Assembly: GCA_963767925.1 (NCBI GenBank)
Contig: CAVYGB010000003.1
Location: forward strand, 1 to 64,000
Origin: an uncultured delta proteobacterium
GTDB lineage: Bacteria > Myxococcota_A > Polyangia > Fen-1088
DNA length: 64,000 nucleotides
Direction of reading: 5' to 3'
Positions 39,383 through 49,078 of this stretch are shown piece after piece. Each line of letters begins with the position of its first letter. Positions within the stretch are counted from its first letter, which is position 1. The notes under the pieces are model-generated. The model had not been told where the DNA came from. It worked only from the letters and a program-made list of their open reading frames with translations, and made no database searches. The position numbers and the translations under genes were made by a program.

Positions 39383-40206
39383 CCCCTCACCCCGCCCTCT
39401 CCCCGCTGCCGCGGGGCGAGGGCGAACAATCAGCGGTGCCCGGTCATCCTCCGAGAGGTGCTCACGACGGATTAGCCGGAGATTTTCGCCCCCCCCGGGC
39501 CGGTCATCCTCCGAGAGGTGCTCACGACGGATTAGCCGGAGATTTTCGCCCCCCCCGGGCCGGTCATCCTCCGAGAGGTGCTCACGACGGATTAGCCGGA
39601 GATTTTCGCCCCCCCCCGGGCCGGTCATCCTCCGAGAGGTGCTCACGACGGATAAGCCGGAGATTTTCGCCCCCCCCGGGCCGGTCATCCTCCGAGAGGT
39701 GCTCACGACGGATAAGCCGGAGATTTTCGCCCCCCCCCGGGCCGGTCATCCTCCGAGAGGTGCTCACGACGGATAAGCCGGAGATTTTCGCCCCCCCGGG
39801 CCGGTCATCCTCCGAGAGGTGCTCACGACGGATTAGCCGGAGATTTTCGCCCCCCCCCGGGCCGGTCATCCTCCGAGAGGTGCTCACGACGGATTAGCCG
39901 GAGATTTTCGCCCCCCCGGGCCGGTCATCCTCCGAGAGGTGCTCACGACGGATTAGCCGGAGATTTTCGCCCCCCCCGGGCCGGTCATCCTCCGAGAGGT
40001 GCTCACGACGGATTAGCCGGAGATTTTCGCCCCCCCCGGGCCGGTCATCCTCCGAGAGGTGCTCACGACGGATTAGCCGGAGATTTTCGCCCCCCCCGGG
40101 CCGGTCATCCTCCGAGAGGTGCTCACGACGGATTAGCCGGAGATTTTCGCCCCCCCCGGGCCGTTCGCCCTCGCCCCGCGCAGCGGGGAGAGGGAGGGGT
40201 GAGGGG
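39383..40206. repeat. Twelve ~60-bp tandem repeats bracketed by two inverted REP-like hairpins
   Basis: Unit CCGGTCATCCTCCGAGAGGTGCTCACGACGGATWAGCCGGAGATTTTCG(C7-9)GGG spanning 39440-40163; REPs at 39383-39427 and 40161-40206. Confidence 0.95.
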
Positions 40207-40213
40207 TCTCCGC

Positions 40214-41413
40214 TCAGCCGGGTGGGGTCAGGGTCTTGCGAGGCGGGTTGAAGAACGGGAGCTTGGCCACCCGGGCCGGCACCCGGTACCTCACCGCCTC
40301 CACCGTCACCTCCATCTCCAGCGCCGTGCCCGGCCGGGCCTGCGCGCTCCCCACCAGGGCCAGGGCGATCAGCTTCTTCAGGGTCGGCGACCAGGTTGTC
40401 GAGGTCGCCTTGCCGACCTGGATCCCCGCCGCGAAGACCGGCACCGCCACCCGGGAGGCGGCCGCCGAGATCGCGGGCGGCAGCCCGACCCGCTCGTAGA
40501 GCGCCTCGACCGAGGGCCAGTCCACCTCCAGCCCCACGATCTGGCGGGCCGGACCGCGGGCCTGCTCGGCCGCCAGGGCCCGCTGGCCCACGAAGCTGCT
40601 CTTCGACAGGTCGACCAGCCGCCCCAGCCCCATCTCGTAGGGCGAGAAGGTCTGGGCCCCGTTGAGCGCCTTGCGGCTGCTGATGAAGTCCACGTCGAGC
40701 AGCAGCAGTCCGGCCTCGATGCGGGCGACGTCGAGGGCCAGCATGCCGGCCGCGTAGAGGTCGAAGGATCGCCCGGCCTCGACCAGCGCGTCCCAGACCG
40801 GCAGGGCCTCGCTGGCCGGGAGCCAGATCTCGTAGCCCAGGTCGCCGGTGTAGCCGGTGCGGGAGATGTCGACCGGCACCCCGGCGATGCGCCCGCGGGT
40901 CACCCGGAAGTACTTGAGCCCGTCGATGTCGGCCTCGGCCACGTGGCGCAGCAGGCGCGCCGACATGGGGCCCTGCAGGGCGAGGGCGGCCAGGGGCTCG
41001 GAGATGTCCTCGATCTCCACCTGCAGCCCCACCGCGTTCTGGTGGAACCAGCGCAGGTTCGGCTCCGCCGCCGTCCAGCGGTAGACGTCCGGCTCCAGGC
41101 GGGCCACGGTGCCGTCGTCGAGGACCTTGCCCCGCTCGTCGCACCAGGGGGTGTAGATCACCTGGCCGACGCCCACCTTGCCGAGGTCCCGCGTGATGAT
41201 CCGGTCGACCAGGCGGGTGGCGTCGCGCCCGCTCAGCCGGTACTTGTAGAGCGGGCTGATGTCGATGAGGGCGGCGGCGTTGCGGATGGCGTTGTATTCG
41301 TGCTCGTGGTGCGGCTCGTAGGAGCTGACGGCGTAGTAGCCGGACCACTCGCGGTAGTTGAGGCTCTCGCACAGCGAGAAGGTGCGGGCGTGAAAGGCGG
41401 TTCCGATCGGCAT
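40214..41413 (-). CDS. GcvT-family aminomethyltransferase/demethylase
   Basis: EYNAIRNAAALIDISPL, DDGTVARL, ISRTGYTGDLGYEIW, ARIEAG motifs. Confidence 0.92.
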   Translation of the reverse strand: MPIGTAFHARTFSLCESLNYREWSGYYAVSSYEPHHEHEYNAIRNAAALIDISPLYKYRLSGRDATRLVDRIITRDLGKVGVGQVIYTPWCDERGKVLDDGTVARLEPDVYRWTAAEPNLRWFHQNAVGLQVEIEDISEPLAALALQGPMSARLLRHVAEADIDGLKYFRVTRGRIAGVPVDISRTGYTGDLGYEIWLPASEALPVWDALVEAGRSFDLYAAGMLALDVARIEAGLLLLDVDFISSRKALNGAQTFSPYEMGLGRLVDLSKSSFVGQRALAAEQARGPARQIVGLEVDWPSVEALYERVGLPPAISAAASRVAVPVFAAGIQVGKATSTTWSPTLKKLIALALVGSAQARPGTALEMEVTVEAVRYRVPARVAKLPFFNPPRKTLTPPG

Positions 41414-41428
41414 GTGTCCTCGCGGGGG

Positions 41429-43135
41429 TCAGCCCAGGTCCCTGAGGATCTCTCGGCTGGCGTTGGCGCCCGAGGCGCCGGTGATCAACCCGGCGCCCCC
41501 GGGGTGGGTCCCCGAGCCGCACAGGTACAGGCGGGCGACGGGGCTGCGGTAGCGCGCCCAGCCGACCAGCGGCCGGAAGGCGAAGAGCTGGTCGAGGGCC
41601 GGCTCGCCGTGCAGCAGGTGCCCGCCGCTGAGGCCGTACTCGCGCTCGAGGTCGAGGGGGGTGAGCACCTGCTGCCCCACGATCACCTTCGGCAGGTCGG
41701 GGGCGTATTCGGCCAGGGTCTCGATCACCACCCGGGCCACCTCCTCGCGTTGCCGCTCCAGGGCGAGGTCGAGGTGGGCGCCGTCGTGGCCGTGGCCGTG
41801 GCGCTTGTCGGCGCCGTTGCCGGTGCCGTGCCCGTTGCCATGGCCGTTGCCGTGCCCGTTCCGGCGGCCGGTAGCGTCGGGCAGGTAGGGGACGAACTGG
41901 GCGTGGATCGACATCACGTGGCCACCGGAGGGGGCCAGGCCGGGATCGAGCAGAGTGGGGATGCTGACGTCGAGGTAGGGCCGGGGCGAGATCTCCCCGT
42001 ATTTGGCGGCGTCGTAGGCCCGCTCGAGGTAGTCGATGCTGGGGCCGATGTGGATGCGCCCGCTCAGCGCCTCCACCCCGGTGTTGTCGCCGAGGGGCGT
42101 GCGGGTCTTCCAGCGCGGCAGCCGCGACAGCGCCAGGTTGACCTTGGCCGCGGTGCCCACGCAGCGGTAGTTGCGGATCTTCCCCACGAACTCGGGGCCC
42201 AGGGTGGCGGCGTCGAGCAGGCCCAGGAAGGTGCGGTGGGGATCGGCGCTCGACACGACCGCGGAGGCGGCGATCTCCTCGCCGCTGTCGAGCACCACTC
42301 CGGTGGCGGCCCCGCCCCGGACGGCGATGTGGGCCACCCGGGCGCCCGTGCGGATCTCCGCGCCGGCCGCCCGCGCGGCGGCGGCCAGGGCGTCGCTGAG
42401 CGCGCCCATGCCGCCCTTCGGGAACAGGGCGGGGGCGGTGGCCTGCCCGTCGAGGGCGGCCTGCAGCAGGATGCCCACGCTGGTGCCGGCCGAGCGGGGC
42501 CCGGCGAAGCTGGCGTGGATGCCGCGGGCGGCGATGGCCGCCCGCAGGAGCTCGCTCTCGAACCACTCGCTGGCGAAGTCGGAGACCGCCATGGGTCCCC
42601 AGCGGATCACCCGGTAGGCGTCGCGCTTGCCCAGCCCGCGCACGCGCTTGCCGAGCTTCAGCAGGTTCCACAGGTCGCGGCCGCTGGGATCGCCGGTGTC
42701 GGGCGGGGTCATCGACAGCAGGGGGGCCAGGGCGCCGCCGATGCGGGCCAGGGTGGCGGCGAACTCGGGGTAGACCTCGGCGTCGCGCCCGCCGAGGGCC
42801 TTGAGGTCGGCGGCGGTCTGCCCGGGGTCGTCGCGCAGGGCCAGCGAGGGGCCGTCGAGCGCGGGGGCGAACAGCCGCACCTTCGGCACCAGCCACTGCA
42901 GCCCGTGCCGTTCGAGGGCCAGCTCGCGCGCCACCCGGGGCAGCAGGGGACCGGCCGAGTGGGTCACGGTGGGGCAGCGGAAGCCGGGGTGGATCTCCTC
43001 GGTGACCGCCCGCCCGCCCACGGTGGCGCGCGCCTCCAGCACCACCGGCCGCAGCCCGGCCCGGGCCAGGTAGGCGGCGGTGGTGAGGCCGTTGGGCCCC
43101 GCGCCGATGACGACGACCGTGCGATCGCGGGCCAT
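41429..43135 (-). CDS. Phytoene dehydrogenase-like FAD oxidoreductase (copy 2)
   Basis: VIGAGPNGL, TPLDLE...GLSGG...HGE, LYLCGSGTHPGG; contains a His/Gly-rich insert. Confidence 0.9.
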   Translation of the reverse strand: MARDRTVVVIGAGPNGLTTAAYLARAGLRPVVLEARATVGGRAVTEEIHPGFRCPTVTHSAGPLLPRVARELALERHGLQWLVPKVRLFAPALDGPSLALRDDPGQTAADLKALGGRDAEVYPEFAATLARIGGALAPLLSMTPPDTGDPSGRDLWNLLKLGKRVRGLGKRDAYRVIRWGPMAVSDFASEWFESELLRAAIAARGIHASFAGPRSAGTSVGILLQAALDGQATAPALFPKGGMGALSDALAAAARAAGAEIRTGARVAHIAVRGGAATGVVLDSGEEIAASAVVSSADPHRTFLGLLDAATLGPEFVGKIRNYRCVGTAAKVNLALSRLPRWKTRTPLGDNTGVEALSGRIHIGPSIDYLERAYDAAKYGEISPRPYLDVSIPTLLDPGLAPSGGHVMSIHAQFVPYLPDATGRRNGHGNGHGNGHGTGNGADKRHGHGHDGAHLDLALERQREEVARVVIETLAEYAPDLPKVIVGQQVLTPLDLEREYGLSGGHLLHGEPALDQLFAFRPLVGWARYRSPVARLYLCGSGTHPGGAGLITGASGANASREILRDLG

Positions 43136-43137
43136 CG

Positions 43138-44718
43138 TCAGACCGCCTCGCGCAGGATGCGCTCGGCCGCGTTCCGGCCGGGCGCTCCCATGATGCCGCC
43201 GCCGGGATGGGTGGCCGAGCCGCACATGTACAGGTTGCGCACGGGCGTGCGGTACTGGGCCCAGCCGGGGGCGGGCCGCAGGAAGAAGAGCTGCTCGAGG
43301 GTCAGCTCGCCCTGGAAGATGTTCCCCTCGGACAGCCCGGTCTGTCGTTCGATGTCGAGGGGGGTGAGCACCTGCCGGTGCAAGATGAGGTCCTTCAGGT
43401 TGGGGGCGTATTCGCTGATGGTGTCGATCACGGTGTCGCCGAAGGCCTTCCGGTTGGCGTCCCAGCTCCCCTCCTTGAGGTCGTAGGGGGCGTATTGCAC
43501 GAAGCAGGACATCACGTGTTTGCCGGCCGGCGCCACCGAGGGATCGGTGAGGCTGGGGATCACGATGTCGATGTAAGGGCGGCGCGAGTAGCGCCCGTAT
43601 TTGGCCTCGTCGTAGGCCCGCTCCATGTATTCGACGCTGGGGGAGATGGAGATGGCGCCGCGCAGGTGGGCCCCGGGGCCGGGCAGGCACTTGAAGTCGG
43701 GCAGCCCGTCGAGGGCCAGGTTCACCTTGCCCGACGAGCCCCGGAACTTGTAGCGGGTGATGTCCTCGACGAAGGGGCCCGGCAGGTGCTCCTGCCCCAC
43801 CAGGCGCAGGAAGGTGAGGCGGGGATCCAGACTGGAGGCCACCACCTTGGCGGTGATCTCGTCGCCGTTGTCGAGCACCACCCCGCCGGCGGCCCCGTTT
43901 TTCATGAGGATGCGGGCCACCGGGGTCTCGGTGCGGATCTCGACGCCCGCCTCGACGGCGGCGGCGGCGATGGCCCCGGAGATCGCCCCCGTCCCACCCC
44001 GGGGCAGGCCCCAGGAGCGGAAGGCGCCGTCGATCTCGCCCATGTAGTGGTGCAGCAGCACATAGGCCGTGCCGGGCGAGCGCACCCCTTGAAAGGTGCC
44101 GATGATGCCCGAGGCGGCCATGGTGGCCTTGAGGACGTCGGTCTCGAACCACTGGTCGAGCAGATCGATCGCGCTCTTGGTGAGGAGCTGCACCTGGTTG
44201 TAGCGGGCGTCCTCCGACAGCGCCCCGAAGCGGCGGCCCAGCCCGAGGAGCTGCTTGAGGGAGGCGGGGTTCAACGAGGTGGGATCGGGCGGGGTCATGC
44301 CGAGGATCGGCTTGACGAAGCGGCCCATCTCCACCATCGCCTTGCCGTATTCGTCGTAGGCCTCGGCGTCGAGGCGCGAGTGGCGGGCGATCTCCCGGTG
44401 GGTGCGGGCGTGGTCGTTCATGCGCCACAGGTAGTTGCCGTCGGGCATGGGGGTGAAGGTCCCATCGAGCGGCAGGATCTCGAGGCCGTGCCGGGGCAGA
44501 TCCAGCTCGCGGATGATCTCCGGGCGCAGCAGGGAGACGACGTAGGAGAAGACCGAGAAGCGGAAGCCGGGGAACACCTCCTCGGTGATGGCGGCCCCGC
44601 CCAGCAGGTGCCGCCGCTCCAGCACGAGGACCTTGCGCCCGGCCCGGGCCAGGTAGGCGGCCGCCACCAGCCCGTTGTGGCCGCCGCCCACGACGATGAC
44701 GTCGTAGTGGCGTTTCAT
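43138..44718 (-). CDS. Phytoene dehydrogenase-like FAD oxidoreductase (copy 1)
   Basis: VGGGHNGLVAAAYLA, GNIFQGEL, LYMCGSATHPGGGIMGAPGRNAA. Confidence 0.92.
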   Translation of the reverse strand: MKRHYDVIVVGGGHNGLVAAAYLARAGRKVLVLERRHLLGGAAITEEVFPGFRFSVFSYVVSLLRPEIIRELDLPRHGLEILPLDGTFTPMPDGNYLWRMNDHARTHREIARHSRLDAEAYDEYGKAMVEMGRFVKPILGMTPPDPTSLNPASLKQLLGLGRRFGALSEDARYNQVQLLTKSAIDLLDQWFETDVLKATMAASGIIGTFQGVRSPGTAYVLLHHYMGEIDGAFRSWGLPRGGTGAISGAIAAAAVEAGVEIRTETPVARILMKNGAAGGVVLDNGDEITAKVVASSLDPRLTFLRLVGQEHLPGPFVEDITRYKFRGSSGKVNLALDGLPDFKCLPGPGAHLRGAISISPSVEYMERAYDEAKYGRYSRRPYIDIVIPSLTDPSVAPAGKHVMSCFVQYAPYDLKEGSWDANRKAFGDTVIDTISEYAPNLKDLILHRQVLTPLDIERQTGLSEGNIFQGELTLEQLFFLRPAPGWAQYRTPVRNLYMCGSATHPGGGIMGAPGRNAAERILREAV

Positions 44719-45851
44719 GGCAGCACCTCGAGCCCGGGCTCGCCCACCCGCTCCACCACCCAGCGGTCGAAGGCTGCGAGCATCTCCTCCCGGTTGGAGT
44801 AGGGGCCGGGCCGGTAGCCCCGCGAGCGGATGCCGGCCTGGGCCAGGTCGGACAGCTCCCAGTCCTGGCGGTTGGTCAGATCCCAGAAGTCGACCGCGTC
44901 CGAGGGGTCGAAGCCGGGGCGCTGCACCTCGCTCTCGTGGAACAGCCACTCACATTCGATGTCGGTGCGATCGACCCCCCGGGGATCGAAGCGGAAGGTG
45001 ACGACGTAGTCCGGGTGCAGGTTGATCAGCATGTTGGGCAAGATCGCGTAGTAGTGGACGGTGCGCAGCTCGTGCGGCTCGAGGCGGGGCAGGGGGCGGC
45101 GCCGGGCCTGGACGCTGGTGCTGAGGGTGGTGACCCCCTCGCGCAGATCCATGCGCGAGCCCAGGTAGGTCGGCTGGGGCGGCTCGTTCTCCCCGCTCAG
45201 GTAGTGCGAGACGCGGTTGAGCTGGGGGTGGGCGGTCGGGCAGTGCAGGCACTCGTGGTAGTTCTGGACGATGAGCTTCCAGTTGGCCCGCACCTCGTAG
45301 CGGCGGTGGTCGGCGACCCGCAGCTCGTCCATGGCGTAGTTGGCGAAGCGCCGGTCGAGGTCGGCGAGGTGCTCGGCGAAGGGGACGGGCCGGGGCGACA
45401 GGTTGATGAAGACGTTCCCCGCCCAGGTGGCCACCGCGACCGGGCCCAGGGGGTAGTCGGCCTCCAGGAAGCCGCGCACCTTCTCCATGTGGGGCGCCTG
45501 GGCCAGGGTGCCGTCGAGGCGGTAGGTCCAGGCGTGGTAGGGACAGCGGATCCGGCCGGGCAGGCTGCCCCGCTGCTCGCTGCACAGGCGGGTGCCCCGG
45601 TGGCGGCACACGTTGTGGAAGGCCCGCACCTGGCCGCGCTCGTCGCGCAGCACCAGCACCTCGGCGTCGGCGATCGGGAACAGGAAGTAGTCCCCCGGCC
45701 GGGGGATGCGGTCGGCCCGCCCCGCGTAGAGCCACATCTCGAGGTGGATGCGCTCGAGCTCGCGCCGGTACCAGGCCGGGTCGGTGTAGACCCGGGCCGG
45801 CAGGGTCCTGGTGCCGGCGTCGCTGATCGGGCGGTCGTTGACCGGGATCAA
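44715..45851 (-). CDS. Rieske non-heme iron oxygenase alpha subunit (choline/betaine monooxygenase-like)
   Basis: CRHRG...CPYHAW Rieske motif; NWK...NYHECLHC...HP and QD mononuclear Fe site. TTG start overlapping the IclR stop is inferred. Confidence 0.9.
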   Translation of the reverse strand: MIPVNDRPISDAGTRTLPARVYTDPAWYRRELERIHLEMWLYAGRADRIPRPGDYFLFPIADAEVLVLRDERGQVRAFHNVCRHRGTRLCSEQRGSLPGRIRCPYHAWTYRLDGTLAQAPHMEKVRGFLEADYPLGPVAVATWAGNVFINLSPRPVPFAEHLADLDRRFANYAMDELRVADHRRYEVRANWKLIVQNYHECLHCPTAHPQLNRVSHYLSGENEPPQPTYLGSRMDLREGVTTLSTSVQARRRPLPRLEPHELRTVHYYAILPNMLINLHPDYVVTFRFDPRGVDRTDIECEWLFHESEVQRPGFDPSDAVDFWDLTNRQDWELSDLAQAGIRSRGYRPGPYSNREEMLAAFDRWVVERVGEPGLEVLP

Positions 45852-46621
45852 GGCCGCCTCCAGCCGAGGCGCTCGGAGATGCTGTCGGCGGCGGCGGGCA
45901 GATCGCGGGCGATGCGGGCGACAACCGCCGGGGTGAACCGGCTGCGGGGACCACCCACGCTCACGGCGGCGATGATCGCCCCGGCGCCGGCCCGCACCGG
46001 GGCGCCGACCGCCACGAAGCCGGGCTCCAGCTCCTCCACGCTGGTGGCGTAGCCGCGCGCGTCCACCCGGGCCAGCTCGCGGCGCAGGGCGGTGGGGGTC
46101 ACGATGGTGCGGGGGGTGAAGGCGGCCAGCGGGGAGCGGGTGCGCTCCTGCCGCTCGTCCTCGCCCAGCCCGGCCAGGAGCACCTTGCCGGTCGAGGTGG
46201 CGTGCGCCGGCCAGCGGGTGCCCAGCGAGGGCATGGCCGCGATCACGTGGCTGCCCACCACCTCGTCGACGATGAGCACCTCGTCGTCGACGAGCACCTC
46301 GAGGGTGATGGTCTCGCGGGTGGCCGCCGCCAGCGCCAGCAGGGCCGGCCGCCCCGCGGCCAGCAGGGCGCGGCTGCCGAGGGCCTGCCCGGCCAGCCGT
46401 GCCACCTCCGCCCCGATCTGGTAGGCCTCGCCGTCGGCGGTCCGCTCCACCAGCCCCGCGCTCTCCAGCGCCGACAGCAGGCGGAAGGCGGTGGTCTTGT
46501 TGAGGTCCACCGCCCGGGCCAGGTCCGACAGCCGCCGGCCCGGTCCGCCCTGCCCACAAGCCTTCAGCAAGCGGACGGCCCGCTGGACCGCCTGCGTTCC
46601 CGGATAAGCTGCCTGTTTCAT
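45848..46621 (-). CDS. IclR family transcriptional regulator
   Basis: N-terminal HTH (LSDLARAVDLNKTTAFRLL); HATSTGKVLLA, RGYA..EE...G..AVGAPV. Confidence 0.93.
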   Translation of the reverse strand: MKQAAYPGTQAVQRAVRLLKACGQGGPGRRLSDLARAVDLNKTTAFRLLSALESAGLVERTADGEAYQIGAEVARLAGQALGSRALLAAGRPALLALAAATRETITLEVLVDDEVLIVDEVVGSHVIAAMPSLGTRWPAHATSTGKVLLAGLGEDERQERTRSPLAAFTPRTIVTPTALRRELARVDARGYATSVEELEPGFVAVGAPVRAGAGAIIAAVSVGGPRSRFTPAVVARIARDLPAAADSISERLGWRRP

Positions 46622-46632
46622 ATTGTGAAACA
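46614..46632. promoter_or_regulatory. Candidate IclR operator TGTTTCA-N5-TGAAACA overlapping the iclR start codon
   Basis: Perfect 7-bp AT-rich inverted repeat in very GC-rich DNA. Confidence 0.65.
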
Positions 46633-46855
46633 CCCAGTGCGCATCCTGAAACCGGACCGTAGCCGAGCCCCCGGCCAGGGTCAACCGCGCGCCGGCTGGC
46701 CATGCCGTTCGGTCAGGCGGAGCTTCACCTCTCCGGCGGGGCGCCGCGCCTATCACCTCTCCCCGCGGTCTTCCGTGGGAGAGGTCGGCGCGTCTGCGCG
46801 CCGGGTGAGGGGCCTCCGGCCTGGCCCCCCCCTCGCCCAACCAGGCGGGATCTTT

Positions 46856-47662
46856 CTACTCGGCTTCGCGCAGCGTATCGAAGAGGCGCTCGGCGATCAG
46901 CTCGTGCCCGCGAGGGCCGGGGTGGAAGCGGTCGCCCGCCAGGCGTTCGGGGCGCTCGGCGAACAGATCCGCCACCGGGACCACCAGGACGTCCTTGTAG
47001 TCGAAGGTCGCCCGCTCGAGGGCGCTGTTCCAGGCCAGGAGCTGCGCCCGCACCTGGGCCTCGGCCGAGGGGAGCACCTCGAAGGGGTTGTAAAGCCCGA
47101 TCATCCGGATGGGGGCCGTCGGGTTGGCCGTCCGGATGCGGGTGAGGATCTGCTTGAGGTTGGTGCTGGCCTGGTTCAGGGACACGTCCGACTGCAGCGG
47201 GTCGCCCAGGCCGTCCTCGTCCATCCGGCCCCGCAGGCCGTGGGTCAGGTCGTTGCCCCCGATCGACATGAGGATGAGCTGCGCCTCGCCGATCCGTTGC
47301 AACGTTTCCGGGGAGTCGAGCTTGCGCAGCAGGTCCGAGGTCTCGTCGCCCGGCTCGGCCAGGTTGTTGAGGCTGACCCGGCGGCCCCGATCGCGCAGCT
47401 CCTCGACAAGCCGTCCGACGTACCCTCGCTCGGGCGCGTCGCCGATGCCGTCGGTGACCGAGTCGCCGATCGCCACCACCCGGAAGCCCCCGCTGCCCCA
47501 GCCGCGTCCGGCCGCCGCCGCCGGCGGGGGACCCAGCCGGTCGCCGAACCCGGCGGTCAGGGCGAGATAAAAGCCGATGCCGACGACGACAGCGGAAAAC
47601 GCTCCCATCGCGACGGGGATGAACCAATCGAGCGCGCGCCGGCCTGACACGTGCGCTAGCAT
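46856..47662 (-). CDS. SGNH/GDSL hydrolase with N-terminal membrane anchor
   Basis: GDSVT, SIGGND, GLYNPF, DRFHP motifs; start uncertain. Confidence 0.9.
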   Translation of the reverse strand: MLAHVSGRRALDWFIPVAMGAFSAVVVGIGFYLALTAGFGDRLGPPPAAAAGRGWGSGGFRVVAIGDSVTDGIGDAPERGYVGRLVEELRDRGRRVSLNNLAEPGDETSDLLRKLDSPETLQRIGEAQLILMSIGGNDLTHGLRGRMDEDGLGDPLQSDVSLNQASTNLKQILTRIRTANPTAPIRMIGLYNPFEVLPSAEAQVRAQLLAWNSALERATFDYKDVLVVPVADLFAERPERLAGDRFHPGPRGHELIAERLFDTLREAE

Positions 47663-47672
47663 GACATAACCA

Positions 47673-48758
47673 ATGTCGCTGTCGCCTGATCTGCCCGAGG
47701 AACGTGGCGCCGCCCCGGCCGGCGCCGCCCCCCGTGCGGCCGCCGCTCCCGCGGCCGGCCCGGTCCCGCGCCCCTTCGTCGGCCTCGTCGAGAACGAGTG
47801 TCTCAAGCTCCTGCGCCGCAAGCGCCCCCAGCTCGTGTTCCTGGTGCTCGCCATCTTCCTCGGCATCTCGACCTGGGCCCAGTGGCGCCAGCAGACCATG
47901 CGCGAGCGCGTCAGCCCCGACGAGGACTGGCGCCCGCGCACCGAGCGCCGGCTGGCCAACGCCGAGCGCCGCATGCAGACCCGCCGGATCTTCGTGGGTG
48001 TGAACCGCACGCTCCGCTTCGAGGCCGTGCGCCTCCGCTACCACCTCGAGCGCGACATCAACCCCGACGAGCGCACCGGGCCCCTCTTCTCCCGGGCCTT
48101 CGCCGCCGTGGCGAGCGCCCTGCTGCTGCCCCTGCTGGTCACGGTGCTGGTCGCCGACCTGGTCTCCTCCGAGCGCAGCGCCGGCACCATCAAGATGTTG
48201 CTCACCCGCCCGGTAAGCCGGTCGCGCGTGCTGGCCTCCAAGCTGACCGCCATGGCGATCTTCACCAGCAGCCTGGTGCTGGCCTCCGCCGTGCTGTCCT
48301 GGCTGATCGCCGGCCTGGCCTTCGGCTGGCAAGGCTTCGACGCCCCGGTGCTCACCGGCTTCCGCTTCGCCCTCGACGGCCCCGATCTGACCAACGTTCG
48401 CATGGCGCCGCTCTGGATCGACACCCTGGCGGCCTACGGCCTGGTCTGGTTCTCGGCCCTCACCGTGGGCGCCATCGGGGTCACGTTTTCGGTGCTGTTC
48501 CGCTCCACCGCCGCCGCCATGGGCACCCTGCTGGCTCTGGTTGTCTCGGGCGTCCTGCTCGGCCAGCTCGCCTCCGACTGGGAGCCGACCAAGTGGATCT
48601 TCGTGACCAACCTGCCGCTCGCCCAGTTCTACTCGGGCGTCCCCCCGCCCGTGGCCGGCATGACCCTCGGCCACTCGGTCGCCGTGCTCGCCGCCTGGGG
48701 CGTCGCCGCCATCGCCGTCGGGATGTTCGTGTTCAGCCGGCGCGACGTCACGGCCTGA
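47673..48758 (+). CDS. ABC-2 type transporter permease (YhcI-like)
   Basis: NECLKL, DLVSSE...GTIKMLLTRPVSRSRVLASK, FSRRDV. Confidence 0.9.
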   Translation: MSLSPDLPEERGAAPAGAAPRAAAAPAAGPVPRPFVGLVENECLKLLRRKRPQLVFLVLAIFLGISTWAQWRQQTMRERVSPDEDWRPRTERRLANAERRMQTRRIFVGVNRTLRFEAVRLRYHLERDINPDERTGPLFSRAFAAVASALLLPLLVTVLVADLVSSERSAGTIKMLLTRPVSRSRVLASKLTAMAIFTSSLVLASAVLSWLIAGLAFGWQGFDAPVLTGFRFALDGPDLTNVRMAPLWIDTLAAYGLVWFSALTVGAIGVTFSVLFRSTAAAMGTLLALVVSGVLLGQLASDWEPTKWIFVTNLPLAQFYSGVPPPVAGMTLGHSVAVLAAWGVAAIAVGMFVFSRRDVTA

Positions 48759-48786
48759 TCGGGCGGTCCCGCGGCGCCCGCCTCCT

Positions 48787-48960
48787 TCAGGGGCGGCGCC
48801 GCTCCCGGATCAGCGTCTCGACGCCGTAGAGCAGGCGCTGCAGGCCGAAGGCGAGGGTGTCGTTCTCGGGGGCGGCGGGCGCGCCGGCGAGGATGCGGGC
48901 CAGGTTCTCGAAGCGGCCGTCGCTCGACAGCCGCTCGAGGAGCTGCCGCGTAGTCGGCCG
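48787..48960 (-). pseudogene. TetR C-terminal domain remnant
   Basis: Reads ...DGRFENLARILAG...LAFGLQRLLYGVETLIRERRRP*; in-frame stop upstream and no HTH. Confidence 0.55.
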
Positions 48961-49078
48961 GTGCGTTCAGACGTGCCCAACCCGAACGTACTTCGTCCAC
49001 GGGCTTTCGGGCCGGACAGCAAACGAAAAAACCCTCCCCCTCCCGGACACCGGGAGGAGGAGGTGGGTGGCGCGCTTG

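Noticed and set aside
39440..40163. Second CRISPR array
   Set aside because: Units are contiguous and near-identical with no unique spacers.
41429..44718. Carotenoid biosynthesis (crtI) assignment
   Set aside because: No crtB/crtE nearby; the GcvT-like, Rieske and IclR context points to catabolism.
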